Source: Utricularia gibba (lineage: Eukaryota > Plantae > Magnoliophyta). From it: a stretch of 64,000 nucleotides of DNA. Position numbers and translations under genes: made by a program. The stretch covers positions 372,001 through 436,000 of the forward strand of contig NEEC01000011.1 of assembly GCA_002189035.1 (NCBI GenBank), in the 5' to 3' direction. Shown here piece after piece: positions 35,899 through 49,189 of the stretch. Numbering within the stretch: position 1 is the first letter of the stretch; every line of letters begins with the position of its first letter. The notes under the pieces were generated by a model. The model was not told the DNA's origin. It did no database searches and saw nothing but the letters and a program-made list of their open reading frames with translations.

Positions 35899-38598
35899 CC
35901 CTACTCACCCTTTCACTACTTATTGAATGCGCACATGTTCTTTTGTTATGTGCTGCTTTTTAAGACTTGGGTCTCATGCTCTTTTTTCTTCTCTCTTTTT
36001 TGTAGTTGGCAATTTGTCCCATAGCAACTATGAAATTCAAACACTCATGTGAAACTAGTCTAGATTGCACTCCCTAGATTCTTCCAATCACACACATGCT
36101 CTCATAAAATAAAGGGTCGAAACATGCTCATGGAAATAAGAGGGGTCCATAAAGCTCATGCATCTAAATCATCACATAGTTCTAATGTTCAATCAGATAG
36201 CTATTGAAAACCGATAACTGCCACTAAATAAAAATAGACAACTAGTACTACTTTAAGTCCTAACATGAACTAATAGACACCACTTTTCATTCATATAAAC
36301 AGAATCTTAAACATGAAAATAAAATAAAAAAACTATACGAAATCCTCATAGCAGCATATTGCTTGTTCAGCCACTCCTTATTTCAATTCAATGATTGCCC
36401 GAATCAGGTCAAAAATTCTATCACTCATCACTTCAAGAATTTTTGGGTAGCAGCAGCGTTTTTCTTCTTGAGTTGAGGTTGATGGAGCAAAGGCAATTTC
36501 ACTTCTCTTCCTAGAGATCACGCTTCCTTCCAGTCTTACCAAATATCTAAAAACAAAGCCACTTACTTGAGCTTTGATTAGTCCCACAATTTTCCAAAAA
36601 TATGCATCTAGGGGCACTGTCTTCATTTTAACGTGGAAGAATTCAAGTTCAGACAGTTTTTCAGGGCAAAGAGTATGAACAATATTCGTGATAATGTGAT
36701 CGAAACTCAAAACTATTGATTTTTATATGAATATAATCCATATGCATTGTTTAGCAAGCATGCGCCTAAATTCAAAGATCGCTTATGCATAATGCATCAC
36801 AAAACAAATGATTCACATTTATAGAGAGCATTAAATACAATATTTCTATCGAAAAGAATTGTTGTAGTGACTAACATATGAACATAGCGCATAAAACAAA
36901 CAATTTAGCTTTTTTCCTCTTTGCTTTAAATTCAATGACATGCTGATAATCAAATAACGAAGTAGAAGAATCATGTGAATCCACTTGCTGTTTTGAGAAA
37001 AAACCAAGAACTACATTCCACTCATCTAGCAAAAATGAGAATTCAGTGTCCATCAATCAGAAACATACAGCAACAGGTTCTAAAATAGTTTCTGAAATTT
37101 TGTAAATAAACATGGAGGCAAATTCATGCGACAATTCGACATAAGCAAAAAGTTTTAATTCAAAAAAAATCATGAAAGCATAATTTTCAAATATTGTATA
37201 AACCTTGTCCACTATATTCAATTCAACAAGAACTTCAAAATTAATGTGACTATAGGTCAATACCTTGGCACAATTTGCCTCTCTATATCCATCCACATAT
37301 GCTTATGTCTCGAATTTGAAGTACTTTTCGTTCAACATATGGTGCTTGAAATAGGGAATTCCTTTTCGAGTCATTTGTCATTGGAATCGCTCCCTTTCCA
37401 TTGCGAATTTCTCAACATTCATAAACATATGGACTAATTTTGGAAGAAATTTCCTTACCTTTTCCATCCCTTCCTACAACTCTTCAATTTTGCTCACAAC
37501 AGTTTCTTTTAGGTGGGGTTCCCTCCTTTGCATGTCCAGTTTCATCTTTTTCTCCAACCTCCTCTTGATTCTTCTTCTCCAAAATTTCATTTTCAGCCTC
37601 AAGCTCTTCCTCTACTCCCTGTACTTCATTTTTTGAATTTTTAGCAATTTCTTCCACGTTTCGCAGCACTTGTTCTTTTGATACAATAGTTTCTTTCTTA
37701 GGTACAGGTTCAACTGTTGTGTTATCCTACTTCTTTGCTCTAGGTTTCTTTCCCCTCTTCTTGGGTGCGACTTTTGGTGGTGCACTCGGCTCCTATGTTA
37801 TTTGTCTTCTTTTTTTGGAACTCTACTACATATCATTTTATTGTTTTGATCTATAAGACTCTTCCATTTCCACTGCCTGGAAAATCACATTCATGCCTTG
37901 AAAATCCTCTACGGTTGCAGCACCAGGTGGAGTCCCTTCTTCTAGAGTCAGAGCAACAGTACCCACGACTCCAACACCTTCTCCTAGGTTCTCTACTTGC
38001 TTTGTCTTTTGATTGGATTTATCCTTGGCGGCCTTCCTTGCACTTCTTGTCACCAACATCTTGTGTCTATTGCAATAATTTTTCAGGAAAAATCACAGAA
38101 ACTGTTCTTTCAAGTCATTCTAATGCCTAGGGTATTTGCATCATTTTGTTTCAGTTCAACTTCTCATTCATCTCAACAATCTGATTTTTTTAACTCCTCA
38201 TCGGTAACTCCCCTTAAACCTAATAATCATCATTTCGCAGCAACAAAAAATATGATAAAAGTCCTAAAAAAACAACTATACTAAATCATAAATTAAAATG
38301 TAGGAATTAAAAACTTAACCATGGGTTGCATCCCATAGGCCACAAGTGGTCTTATAGTCTTGGACCCGACTTCTCGTGCATCTACATTTTTTGTACATCT
38401 ATCAGCTTGATCATCTCCAGATTTTTAGTGAACATATTGTTAATATTCTCATAAAAGATCTTCAATCGATGTCAATTTACCAAAAATCCTTTGTTGGTGT
38501 CACCATCATATATCTCTATAGCATTATTTGGAAGAATATCTTTCACAACAAAAGGGTCTATCCATGTTGATTTCAGCTTCCCAGGATGCAATTTCATC

Positions 38599-39705
38599 GG
38601 CTGCGTTAGTCAAATACATATTTAATAAATGTGTATTGGTAAAATACATAAGTTAATACAATGGTTAGTAAAATACATGTTTTGGGTATGTGTCAATGTT
38701 GCAATGGAGAGATGGAGGGAGAGAGAGGAGGGGGTGAAGGATTATGTCAGTGTTGTAGTGAAGTATTGGAGTGAAAAGATGGGGGGAGAGAGAGGAGTGG
38801 GCGATGGGTTAATGTAGAGCTGGGTTACATAACCCACGTTCGTATGTGATGCTGAGGACACGGACATGGGTTTCATAACCCACGCCCTTGTGAGTTGCCG
38901 ATGGACGTGGGTAACACACGAAATTGTGTTTACTTATAATTTTTATTTAAATCAATTAATATAATTTAAATAATTAAAACATCAGTAATTCGTTTTAGTA
39001 TATTTAATTCATAAGAATTTACAATTATAAATTTTATATATATTTTGTTTGTGTATTAATGAATATCTTTGTAAAAAAATACTAATATGTTGATACTACT
39101 ATTCACTGCTTTTGTTAAAAATATTACTTTGAAATATATTTCAATTTGATCATTATGTCATTTGGTGTGGTTGAAAAAAATTATGATTTATTTAGAGTAA
39201 TGATTTTCATACTATGTTTTACATATAAAAATTAATGTGCAAATTATTTTTATTGTAATTTTTTATTAAATAGATAAAATATTTCAATATTTATATTTAT
39301 ATTAATGAAATTACATATGAAATTTCTTATTTAAAATTAATATATTCATTATATTATTAATGTTTAATATTGATAATTGATACATTAATAACATTTAATA
39401 TACTTTTCAAAATTATAATATTTTGTATTAATTCAGATGTGATAGGTCAACACTGGATTTGACTGGTCAAATATGGGTTTTGAACCAAACCAGCTCCATT
39501 ACGGTCTGGTTTGAAATACCTCACATGACATGTAAGAGTGCAATAATTACAACCTGTAATTTTTTTGGATAGTACAGATTGGACTTCAAGATTCACTGAC
39601 AATAATGTAAAAATAGTGGAAAACATGTATTTTACAAAGTATTTCTCAATGTTGTGTATTTTTCCAATCATTTTTTTTAAATGGTGTATTTTACTAATTT
39701 TCTCC
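38599..39705. mobile_element. Non-autonomous Mutator-like element inserted in the Athila integrase
   Basis: 9-bp TSD AATTTCATC/AATTTCAAC, imperfect TIRs (GG..TTAGT(C/A)AAATACA), integrase frame resumes on the far side. Confidence 0.85.
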
Positions 39706-40999
39706 AATTTCAACCTTGAATGGAAAAATAAAACTTTCTGGCCAATTTCATAAACTCTTCTAGAAATGTGTGCATCATGATACCTCTTAATCCAAGCTTT
39801 GAATAGTTTTGAGCTCACATACGCATAATTCCTCAATTCCTCCAGTTTTTAAAGCTGAAGCTTCCTATGGTTCACAGTAAGGTTCCTATCTAAGTTCAAT
39901 CTCTTCAAAGCCCACCAGGTCTTGTGCTCAAGAGATGCTAATAGCTTACAAGACTACTCATAGATCAATTGAAATAGTGAGGTTCCAATGAGAGTCTTGT
40001 ATGCTGTCCGTATGGCCCAAAGTGTGTCCTTCAACCTTATACTCCAATCTTTCCTGTTTGGATTCACAACTTTCTTTAGGATTTATTTGATTTCCCTATT
40101 GGAGACTTCAGTTTTTCTTTGTAGGTGGTATGCTATAGAAGTTTTGAACCAAACATTGAATTGCTTCAAGCCACTCCTCGAGGCCTGCTTGTAAAAATGG
40201 GTTCCCCTATCAAGGCCTGCTTGTACAAGGCCACTCCAATCTCATGAAGATATTATTGCACAAGAAGTTAATCACAATATTTGCATCATCAATCCATGTA
40301 GGTATTGCCTCAATCCATTTTGACACATATTCAACCACAATCGAAATGTAATTGCAACCTGCTAAAGTAGGAAATGATCCAATAAAATCTATACACGATA
40401 CATCGAATAACTCACATACTAGGATTCCTTGTTGAGGCATTTCATTTCTATTTGATAAATTTCCTATCCTTTGGTATGGTTCACAACCTTTGCAATAAGC
40501 TTAACAATCTGAAAATGTGAGGTTAATAGTATCCTTAATCTAGAATTTTTCTAGCTATTCACTTTGAACCATGATGGCTACCAAAAGGTCCTGCATGACA
40601 AGAATCAATGATTTTTGGAATTTCATTTTTATGAACACACATTCGAATAGACCCATAAATATGGATCATCTCATTTGTATTATTTGGTATCACTTTTTAG
40701 CTTATTTCTCGCATAATAGTCTATTCCAAGTAGCATCACCACTATTGAAACAAAGTTTGTAAGATTAACAAACCATGGTTTACGTATAATAGTCCAAACT
40801 GATAATAACTATTTTTTTTGGAAATGTCTCAGTGATGATCTCATCTTCTTCACTCCCTTCAATTCTTCTGAGATGATCAAAGATGGGAATGCCGCATTTT
40901 TACCATTCTATTATTAGAGATTATTGTATCAATAGCAACAATGTACAAAGCAAAGAAATAAATCTATTGAAGAACATACGAAAGATTTTTATCAACATG

Positions 41000-42245
41000 A
41001 GGCTCGAGTAGAATTGCAAGACAAATGAGCAATTATTAGGCCATTACATTTCCACATTGAGCATACCTATTCTGGAAGTATTGAATATGTTTGATCCAAT
41101 TTTAGTATCAAAAGCATATCAAAGAGCACTTATTATTGAGAAAGAAAAAAAATGTATAGTGATGACTATGAAAAACTCTAGTTCCTCCACCCTTGGAAAA
41201 TTGCAACCTACCTCCTCAAACTCAAACCCAAATTTTCATGTTTCTAGCTTAACAACAAGCCATCTACTAGTGAAGGAGGAAGAGGAATGTGATTTTTTTA
41301 CGAATGCATTTACTGAAGATACTAACTTGTAAGAAGAAGTCAAGGGAAATGTGGGATCTTCTGGGGTGGTCAAATGACTTTGTTTGGCTCCAATGACAAA
41401 AGACCTAGGCAAATGCTTGGGAAAGAATATTTTTCAAATCGTTTGCATGGTGAAAGAGAAGGTACGTAAACTTGTTATTGGTGAAGGAAGTTGTGATAAT
41501 TTTGTATCTAAAGAAATAGTGGCTAATTTTGTATCTAAAGAAGTAGTGGCTAAGTTAATATTGGAGATAAGAGCCCTTAACAATCCATATTAATTAGCTT
41601 TGCTAGAGAAAAAAAAAATTGTGGAGTGAGTAAGCAAGCTCTAGTCAAATTTTCCATTGGACAAATATAAAAATAAGCTTTGATGTGATGTGGTGGCTAT
41701 AGATCCATGTCACATACTCCTTGGATGCTCTCGACAATATTTTTGAGGGACTATTCATTGTAGAAAAAAAACACATATGCATTTATCCTCAAGAGAACTA
41801 TGATTGTTCTTATTCCCAACCCACCTCCCAAATAATATATTCAAGTTGCTATGAATATATTTACCTATACTCAACTTCACCATGAATTACGAACTGAATT
41901 TGCTTTTCTTAGTACATTTATACAAAATGGTAAAGGGGCAGTTACGTAATTATCTTGAATATAGTAACCAGTTCTTTATTTTCCGATCGCCTGGAAGGGA
42001 CAAAAGAAAGATCTTTCTTCAATAATTTCTAATCTCTATGAGGCTCAAGAACTTATCAAAGAATTTATGTTGTCTTCTTAGAAGAACTATCAGAGAGGGT
42101 GCCATCACTATGAAATATTCAACATAACATCAATTTAGTGCCTAGTGACGCTCTTCCTAATAAACCCCACTACATGATTAGCCCAAGCAAACATTTTTAT
42201 TTGAGACAATAAGTGGAGGATTTTTGAATGAAAGGCCATAGTGTT
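41000..42245 (+). mobile_element. Degenerate CRM/chromovirus-type Ty3/gypsy gag-protease-RT start
   Basis: VSKAYQRALIIE, NIFQIVC.VKEKVRKLVIGEGSCDNFVS..KL.L...[12 protein letters not shown]...PNKPHY..SP. Confidence 0.75.
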
Positions 42246-43058
42246 AATAATTTCCTCAACTACAAGAACTATTATAAGATAGGAGATGTATGGGAATGAT
42301 CATTCCATCACTGTCTTGGTCATTAACTTCACCTAGCACTACCTCTCAATGCTGGAAATTTTAACTATTCAAGCTCTTGAGTTGCCTTCTGCTGGGATTC
42401 ACAAGTTTGTGCATTTCTTCGTCAAGTGTGAACTGGATCATGAGTTTCGTCTCAAATCATTGGACTAGTGTCACAAATGATTGCTTTAGAAGAACAAGAT
42501 CAGTGTCGTCGGATGAGGTTGAATGATGGGAATGAGGATGAAAAACCTGACATCCCAGTGGATGAGAACCAGGTTTCCGACTCTTGTCATTTCCATCCAC
42601 TTGCTGTTCACCTGCAAGGATGCTATTCGATTGCATCTTTGTGCTCAGGGTTCTGAAGACATGAAACTACTCTGGGTTTTGAGTTTGGATGGAAAAGGTG
42701 TAGCGTAGGGTTAGATGGCATTGGAGTTGCCATGAAGATGATCCAAACTTGAAGCAAGAAAGAAAACTCAGCTCAGGGCATAAAAGTTTATTTTCAGTTG
42801 TTACAGGCGATTATGAACCATGAACTCAGGAAACACTTGCTGTCTATTGCAGTTTCCTGTCCTCTAGAAGAAAACACGATGCCAAAATTCCCTTGCATTA
42901 AACGCCACCCAACTCTTCAAAACAGTCCAAATCCAAATACATGTATGTATGTATGTATGCGACTGATTATACACACACTAAGCTGCTTCGGGCAAATACA
43001 GACGCAGCTGCTACTGAATGGAAATTTGAAGTGGAGCTTGAATGAGGATCGCCTTCTC

Positions 43059-46000
43059 CTACCTTCCATATGTTTGACAAGTGTCATCTGTTGATGAGTC
43101 GGAAGCGGAGTCATCAGGTGTGGAGTTTGAGCTCGAGTCTCCAAGGCTTCCACTCTCAGTGTCCGAAGCTCCTCCTCCACAAGCAGCCTCTTCATTTGAA
43201 GGTGGCTTCAGTGTCCAGTACATCACAGTTGCGGTCAACATGAGCATCATCTTTTGGTTCACCTGATAAATGGAAATGACCATGTTATCTTCAGGGTAAT
43301 TCACTCACTCAAACATGCTCTACTTTGGGTTTCGGTACCTCAACTATGTCTTCAGGGAGCAAAAATATGGAACATCCCATTTTCCTGGCTATACTGATGA
43401 TATAGGTGGCGTTCATGGTCTTCTCCTGGTCTGGAGGATCACAACATTTGAGGAAAAATATGCACAGAAACAGAGGGCAAAAAACAGCATTACCAGTTAA
43501 GCCTTTTGTGACAAGGCTCCAGTTGACAGATCTTGGGTGCACTGAACTTAGTAGCTCCAGGAAAAAGATGCCGCTGGACAGAGTTTTATCCTGCAAAAGG
43601 ATAACAATTAGAAACAAGAAAAACGCTTAGGTTTGTGTAACCGAATCATTGCATCACCCGGGAGAATTCCTTATCAGGTGCAGGGAGTTTATGATCTCGA
43701 AACAAAGTCTTTACCAAGCGGAGAAACTGAAAACAGGAATCTGAGGTAGACGATATGAAGTTATACCTTGAAACTATCCATACGGGTCTGACCCTTGGAA
43801 GCTCTTACTTTGTCATTTGCCCATTGCAGAATATCAGCATCAGAAATTTCCCTTCCATGTGAAGAATGCAATCTTAAGCTCTTCAATAGCTGAAGCATTT
43901 GATGGCGCATCAACTGCCACAGGTACGCTGCAAATCCACCCAAAAACCCTTTTCATGAGAAAAATGAGAAAAAATGCTTATACCGTTGGGATAACCATCG
44001 TTGAAGTACCTAATATTAGCTTCTTATTCCCTTGAACAATGTCATTTCCAGCAATATTGACCAGGGAAAATTTCAGCTGCTTCCCAATTTTCACAACTTG
44101 GTTGCAGTTCTCCACTTTCCTGAAGGGCATTTTGATTGGTGGCCTGGACGCCATTTTCCAGTTAACAATTCCTGGACTAACCTTGTCAAGTGTCTCTAGG
44201 AGTATCCATCTGCAAACCAACAGAAAGACATGAATATTCAGCTAATAAAAGGTAACAGAAATTACAATATCAGATCTCAAAACCATTTGATTGTTCCCAG
44301 TAAAAGGGCACTCACCCATTTCGGAGATCTTCAAAGACATTATCGATGTATGAGGAACTTCCCTGACTATTTAACCAAAAACGAAAGGCCTTCTCTTCTC
44401 TAGAGATCTGAACATCATCAGGCATGATGTTGAGAAAAGGTATCTGCTTGGTTTCTGTTGAAAGCCCGTTCCTGTAGTCACCATGGGGGAAAACATACCT
44501 AGGGTTAACTCTACCTTGGGCAAAAAAACAAACGCAAATACATCAAGAGGCATCTACAAACCAAGTGAGGCAGCACTTTTAAAAGTTATGGAGGTGCCAT
44601 GAAATCAGTACAAGATGAAACCTGTATCTATTCATAGATCAGCTCTTTTGTTTTCACCTGTGCTGGAAGATATGAGCGACGAATGCAAGATTCAGATTGG
44701 GGGAACCATCCACAATGTCTTTTGCAGTTAAGTAGCGTTTGCAGCCCATTCTATCAGCATGTTCAAGAACCAGCTTTGCTCTTTGAAAGGGATCCTTGAC
44801 TGAAAACAAGGAGGGATCAGCATGCTCCGGTGCCAGAACATGTAACAGATGAGCATAGGCCTCAGCATCCTGTACAAAGATGACACTACGGTTTCTGAAT
44901 AAATATGAGCCCAGTTCTATGTGAACACGGTGTAATTGTCAGATGCACACCTTTACATCAGTTGAAAAGTTTGTTACCGTCTTCAAGTACCCTCCTTTTT
45001 TCAACTGAAAATTCATCCATCTCAGAAGGATCTTTTCTGGTGGAAGGTTCATAAGTTCCTCAACATCCTGTACATAAAGCGGAATCAAGGATCATTCCAC
45101 AGGCAATGCAGATTCTGCATGAGGCGTCTTAAATTGAAATACCTGACTATCATCTACAAGCTCCACCAACTGCGGTGTTTTCTTCAGATTGAGATCGGCC
45201 AAGAGTTGTATCTGAATAGGTCACAGAATGAGATAATTAAAAGACCTAACCTTACAACAGCTGGGTAGACCATTGGAATTGGATTGATCTTGGTTCAAGG
45301 CATAAGCTCACCTTGATGATTTGAGATATTACTCCAAGAACAAGATGCCTCTGGTAACAAACACAGATAGGCAAGTTAGTCAAGACGAAACGATGTATCA
45401 AAGAAACACATCAACGTCTCTAGGAGTATGTTTCAGGCGCTTGGATTTGAAGAAAAGCTAGTTGTAAGGATGCATACTCTTCCTTCAATGAAATCTTGAG
45501 TCCCTATATTGACAACAGTGCACCCAATGGCCTTGGCTGAGTTAAGGCACAGAGTATGATTCTCATTCCTCTCCCATGGATTGAGCAGACTTTTGGTGTT
45601 GATGGCTCGCTCGTCGATCGTTCCTGGTACCGCGACATTGATAAGCTTGCTGCATATCCGGTGCACAATCAGCAACGGGTAAGGAAATGAAGATGCCGCA
45701 GAGTTGCAAGTGATTACCATATAAGTACTCCATCCTTTGCAATCTCAAACAGATCATTAGTTGAGGGATCTATGGGAAGGTGATTTTTCAAATATTCGTC
45801 TTCAGAAAGATAATTGTTGATGTGGGCAACATATGATGCTTTCTCAGATTCACTTATCGTATGAAGCAGCGTCGATGTTGGAGATTTCAGAAAGGCGGAT
45901 GCGTTCTTTGCGCCGTGCCCTTTTTTGGCTGTCGCAAGCGTTTGAAAATTGAGATAAACCTGCGAGGAGGGATTCCAGATCATCGGAGAAAGCATCAAGT

Positions 46001-46357
46001 GCTGTGATTCGTTGGGGAATCAACCGCTTACCCTCAAAAAGAGTTCAAAATCCACTTCCAAGTCCAAACTCTGATGCGATTCCTTCAACAACGCAGCCCT
46101 CTCCTGGTCCGTCAGATCCTCGCCGACGTGTTTCAGCCTTGACATTTTCTCCGGCAAATGGACCAATTTCAGGGAGCCAGCGCAGTCCCTCCTCATCTCC
46201 AGGAACTGCAAGAAGCCCCGGTTGAGAAAAACAAGAAACGACAGAAAATATCAGGCGTTAGTTTGCTCACAGAAGATCTCAAAGTCCGTAGCTCGACTTG
46301 GGTGAATTGATTCTGGAGCCATGGATCCGACAAGCATACCCCGACATACCCAGCCAT
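43059..46357 (-). CDS. FIM2: Fimbrin (actin-bundling, four CH domains), FIM2 type, 14 exons
   Basis: [96 protein letters not shown], acidic Ser-rich tail. Exons joined in frame on inspection. Confidence 0.95.
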
Positions 46358-46622
46358 GGAAAAAGAATCCCCCCTCTTCATCAGCGGCGAAGGGGAAAGA
46401 AGAAAAGAAAAGAAAAGAAAGAAAGAAGAGCAAAAAGAAAAAGGGTGGGTTTTTGGGAGGAGACACTGGGGACACAAGGCAAGGCAAGCTGTCAGTTTAG
46501 TGAGGGTGGGTCTTGGGATCTCCCCTCTAATTCAAACGAGTACCGCTGTTACAGAACTGAACTGGGTTTCACTTCACCAGCGGAATTCAAAATGAGTTGC
46601 CGGCTGCAACGGTCGCTTGGCG

Positions 46623-46626
<4 letters not shown>

Positions 46627-46652
<26 letters not shown>
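46627..46652. repeat. (AG)13 microsatellite upstream of FIM2 (potential BBR/BPC GAGA site)
   Basis: Direct reading. Confidence 0.8.
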
Positions 46653-46653
<1 letters not shown>

Positions 46654-47061
46654 AGAAAGGTGTGGTTGTGACCTGCGGTGACAACTCCCAACTCATTCCG
46701 CATACCACGTTCCCTTTCAAGGCCTTCTGGGACCCACTCCAAGAAGAAATTTGCTGTCCCCACCAACAATCACCCTTACCCAGTGATTTGATTTTCGCTG
46801 TGTGCCGGTTAAATAAATAAATAAATAATTTACATCTCATAAAAAAACGGCATCGTTAATAATTGTTTAATTTAATATCTTCAATTTTTAATTTTTTTTA
46901 TAAAAAATTATAGAATCCATTCAACACGAATTTTTGAAATCACTTATTAAATAACAAAATTGGTAATTCTTTATTCTCTTTGAATAGCAGTTTTGTTGTT
47001 CAACACAAGGTAATGGAACATAAGTACATCATCAGTAGACGCGGTCGAGGACCAAATTCAT

Positions 47062-47182
47062 GGGTCAGTTAGAAAAGTGGCCACTGTCACTTTCTCTCAC
47101 ACAGTAAGCCAAAAATTTTACACATAGGGTGGCCACTTTTCTCACACAGTGAGATGACATTGGCCACTTTTTTAAATCACCC
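47062..47182. mobile_element. 121-bp Mutator-like MITE
   Basis: TIRs GGGT..TTA(G/A)AAAAGTGGCCA.TGTCA, flanked by a CAAATTCAT direct repeat (47053-47061, 47184-47192). Confidence 0.75.
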
Positions 47183-47340
47183 TCAAATTCATGGGATGGA
47201 TTTTGGTCAGCAGTTTCCATGGGGTATTCATCTTAGATGAAAACATGTAGTTAAAACCTTTTTCTTTGACTGATTCGCAGTCCACCCTCAATAGTATGAT
47301 TAGGCTACTGTCATATTAATATTGTTCTCTATTGTATTTA

Positions 47341-48380
47341 ATTCTGAATCTATGAGTACATAGAAATCATTGAAATAATAAATAAGATCATTTTCATAAG
47401 AAATTGATTATTTTTTTATTTTCTAAACTCAATTGAAGCAAATAACAATAAAACGAAACAAAACAATAGAAATAAAGTATTTGGATCAAGTATTCTACCA
47501 TGTAAAATTCATTAATGTATGTGTGTGCAAATACCAATCAATTATTTTAAAGTAATGCTATTTGATAACCATTATAATACCATTCTTTATTTAATAGAAT
47601 TATAGAATCAACTACATCATTAAAGTTATTTCATCTTTAATGATAATTCATATTTTTCTACACACTCAATTCTAATTCCTACAACTCATACCTCAGTTAG
47701 ATCAAATGTGTTTTTCCAACAATGTCCAATTGATACTTTATTTGAGATTCTTCCTCACTCTCTTAGGATTATATGATACTAAATAGCACGTCAGTACAAA
47801 AAATGTTATGAAAATAGAATTAAACTTCAAATTAAATGTTAAAAAATATGGTAAAATAATCATGTGCCCAAGGTTTGTACAAGCAAGGTTTTATCGTAAA
47901 TTCTTAGTTACAAGTGCCTACATACACATGTTTGATTTTGATATGAAAACATAGAAAAATTAAGAAGAAAAATGGTCAAAGACGTCTGTAATAATTGAGG
48001 AAATGGGATATTTATGAGAAATTGAATTTGAATCTTATGTTGATCTTGCTTAATGAGCTTAAATAAGATGTTCTATTCAAATATTGTATCTAAATTTTGT
48101 AAAATCATCTTCAAATCTTTATTTTTTTCATAAATCTTGGAACGAATCTTCATTCTTTGAGCTGATCGTATGCTCAAATTCGTATTCCATCAAACCCATT
48201 AATTATTGAATCTTGATTTTTCCTCAAATTGATTTAAAAATTCATAAAATACATTTTATCTTCAAAAAGATTAAATTATTGTAAAAGATGTAAAATCAAT
48301 TAAAAAAATACGAAAATAGAGTATAAGATAATTGAAAATAATTTTCAAAAGTAATGAAAACATATTTTGAAATGATACAT
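47341..48380 (-). mobile_element. Decayed solo LTR of Athila family 1
   Basis: Colinear with 1684-2751 along its length, with many C>T and G>A changes. Ends not sharp. Confidence 0.8.
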
Positions 48381-49189
48381 TTCAAAATAATTGTAAAAGA
48401 TGTAAAATCAATCTTCTTTTATGATATTGTGATATATTTTTGCTCCTGATTGTCACATTGAAAAATAAGTGCATGTCATCATGAAACATAGGCGATGAAC
48501 CACCATTGAAGAAACTTGAAAATAATTGAGAAAGAAGTAATAATCATAGGGAACATGAGGCACTTGCTAAAGCTTTTCTATAGAGGAAATGCGGATTTCA
48601 ATGAGCTGAAGAATTAAATAAATAAGAATGATTTTGGCTACACATAATGGTGTTAATGAGGAACTAGGAATAGGTAGGCGGATTGAGCAAGGGTGGAAAA
48701 GTTGAGCCTGAGGGTGATAATGTTTGCCTTCTAGCAAGATGAGGTAGGAGCCCTTTGAGGGATGGTGGGGCTTACAATTGTATTCGAACATTTTAGGTTG
48801 ACTTGTTATTTTTGGAACCATTCAACTATGATTCCAACTTGTTTTAAACTTCGTTCCAACCATCAGTTTCAAGTACCCACTTGAACTGTTGGGAACACAC
48901 GACTGCTGATTTGATCCTCGGTTGACAAATTACATTGTTGTTTCCTCATGTAAACTGTCATGGAGTTGCGATTCCGATGGACCCTTGCACTCCTCATTCA
49001 GGAGAGGTCGATAACGATAATAGCACTAAGGTAAACGCAATGTGGATGCTTTCTTTTTCCCCTGTAGGAATGAAAATAGGGTGTTCATACTAAAGGCAGA
49101 AGCACCAAGAGAACGAACACCACATTAACTGCCGGCAGCCACTCCCTTGTCCATGTTTATTGGAAAGAACTGTCTGCATCTCGCATCCT

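Larger units (their letters stand above)
34036..40900 (-). mobile_element. Athila internal remnant: RNase H end, integrase, Athila ORF2 (env-like) and 3' non-coding region; 5' part missing
   Basis: DHLSRI..PWFVNL (40780-40860), MPQQGILVCELFDV..IDFIGSFP..YVSKWIEAIP (40210-40440), AYVSSKLFK..YHD..GQKVLFFHSRLKL, KLHPGKLKSTW.DPF (about 38590), ORF2-like YVELSHEFASMF and EWNVVLGF (36870-37300). Confidence 0.9.

Noticed and set aside
42468-42708. Short ORFs downstream of FIM2 with an HPLAV/CKD..LHL pattern vaguely like THO complex subunit 5
   Set aside because: Needs a frameshift, is very short and has no supporting exons; likely chance.
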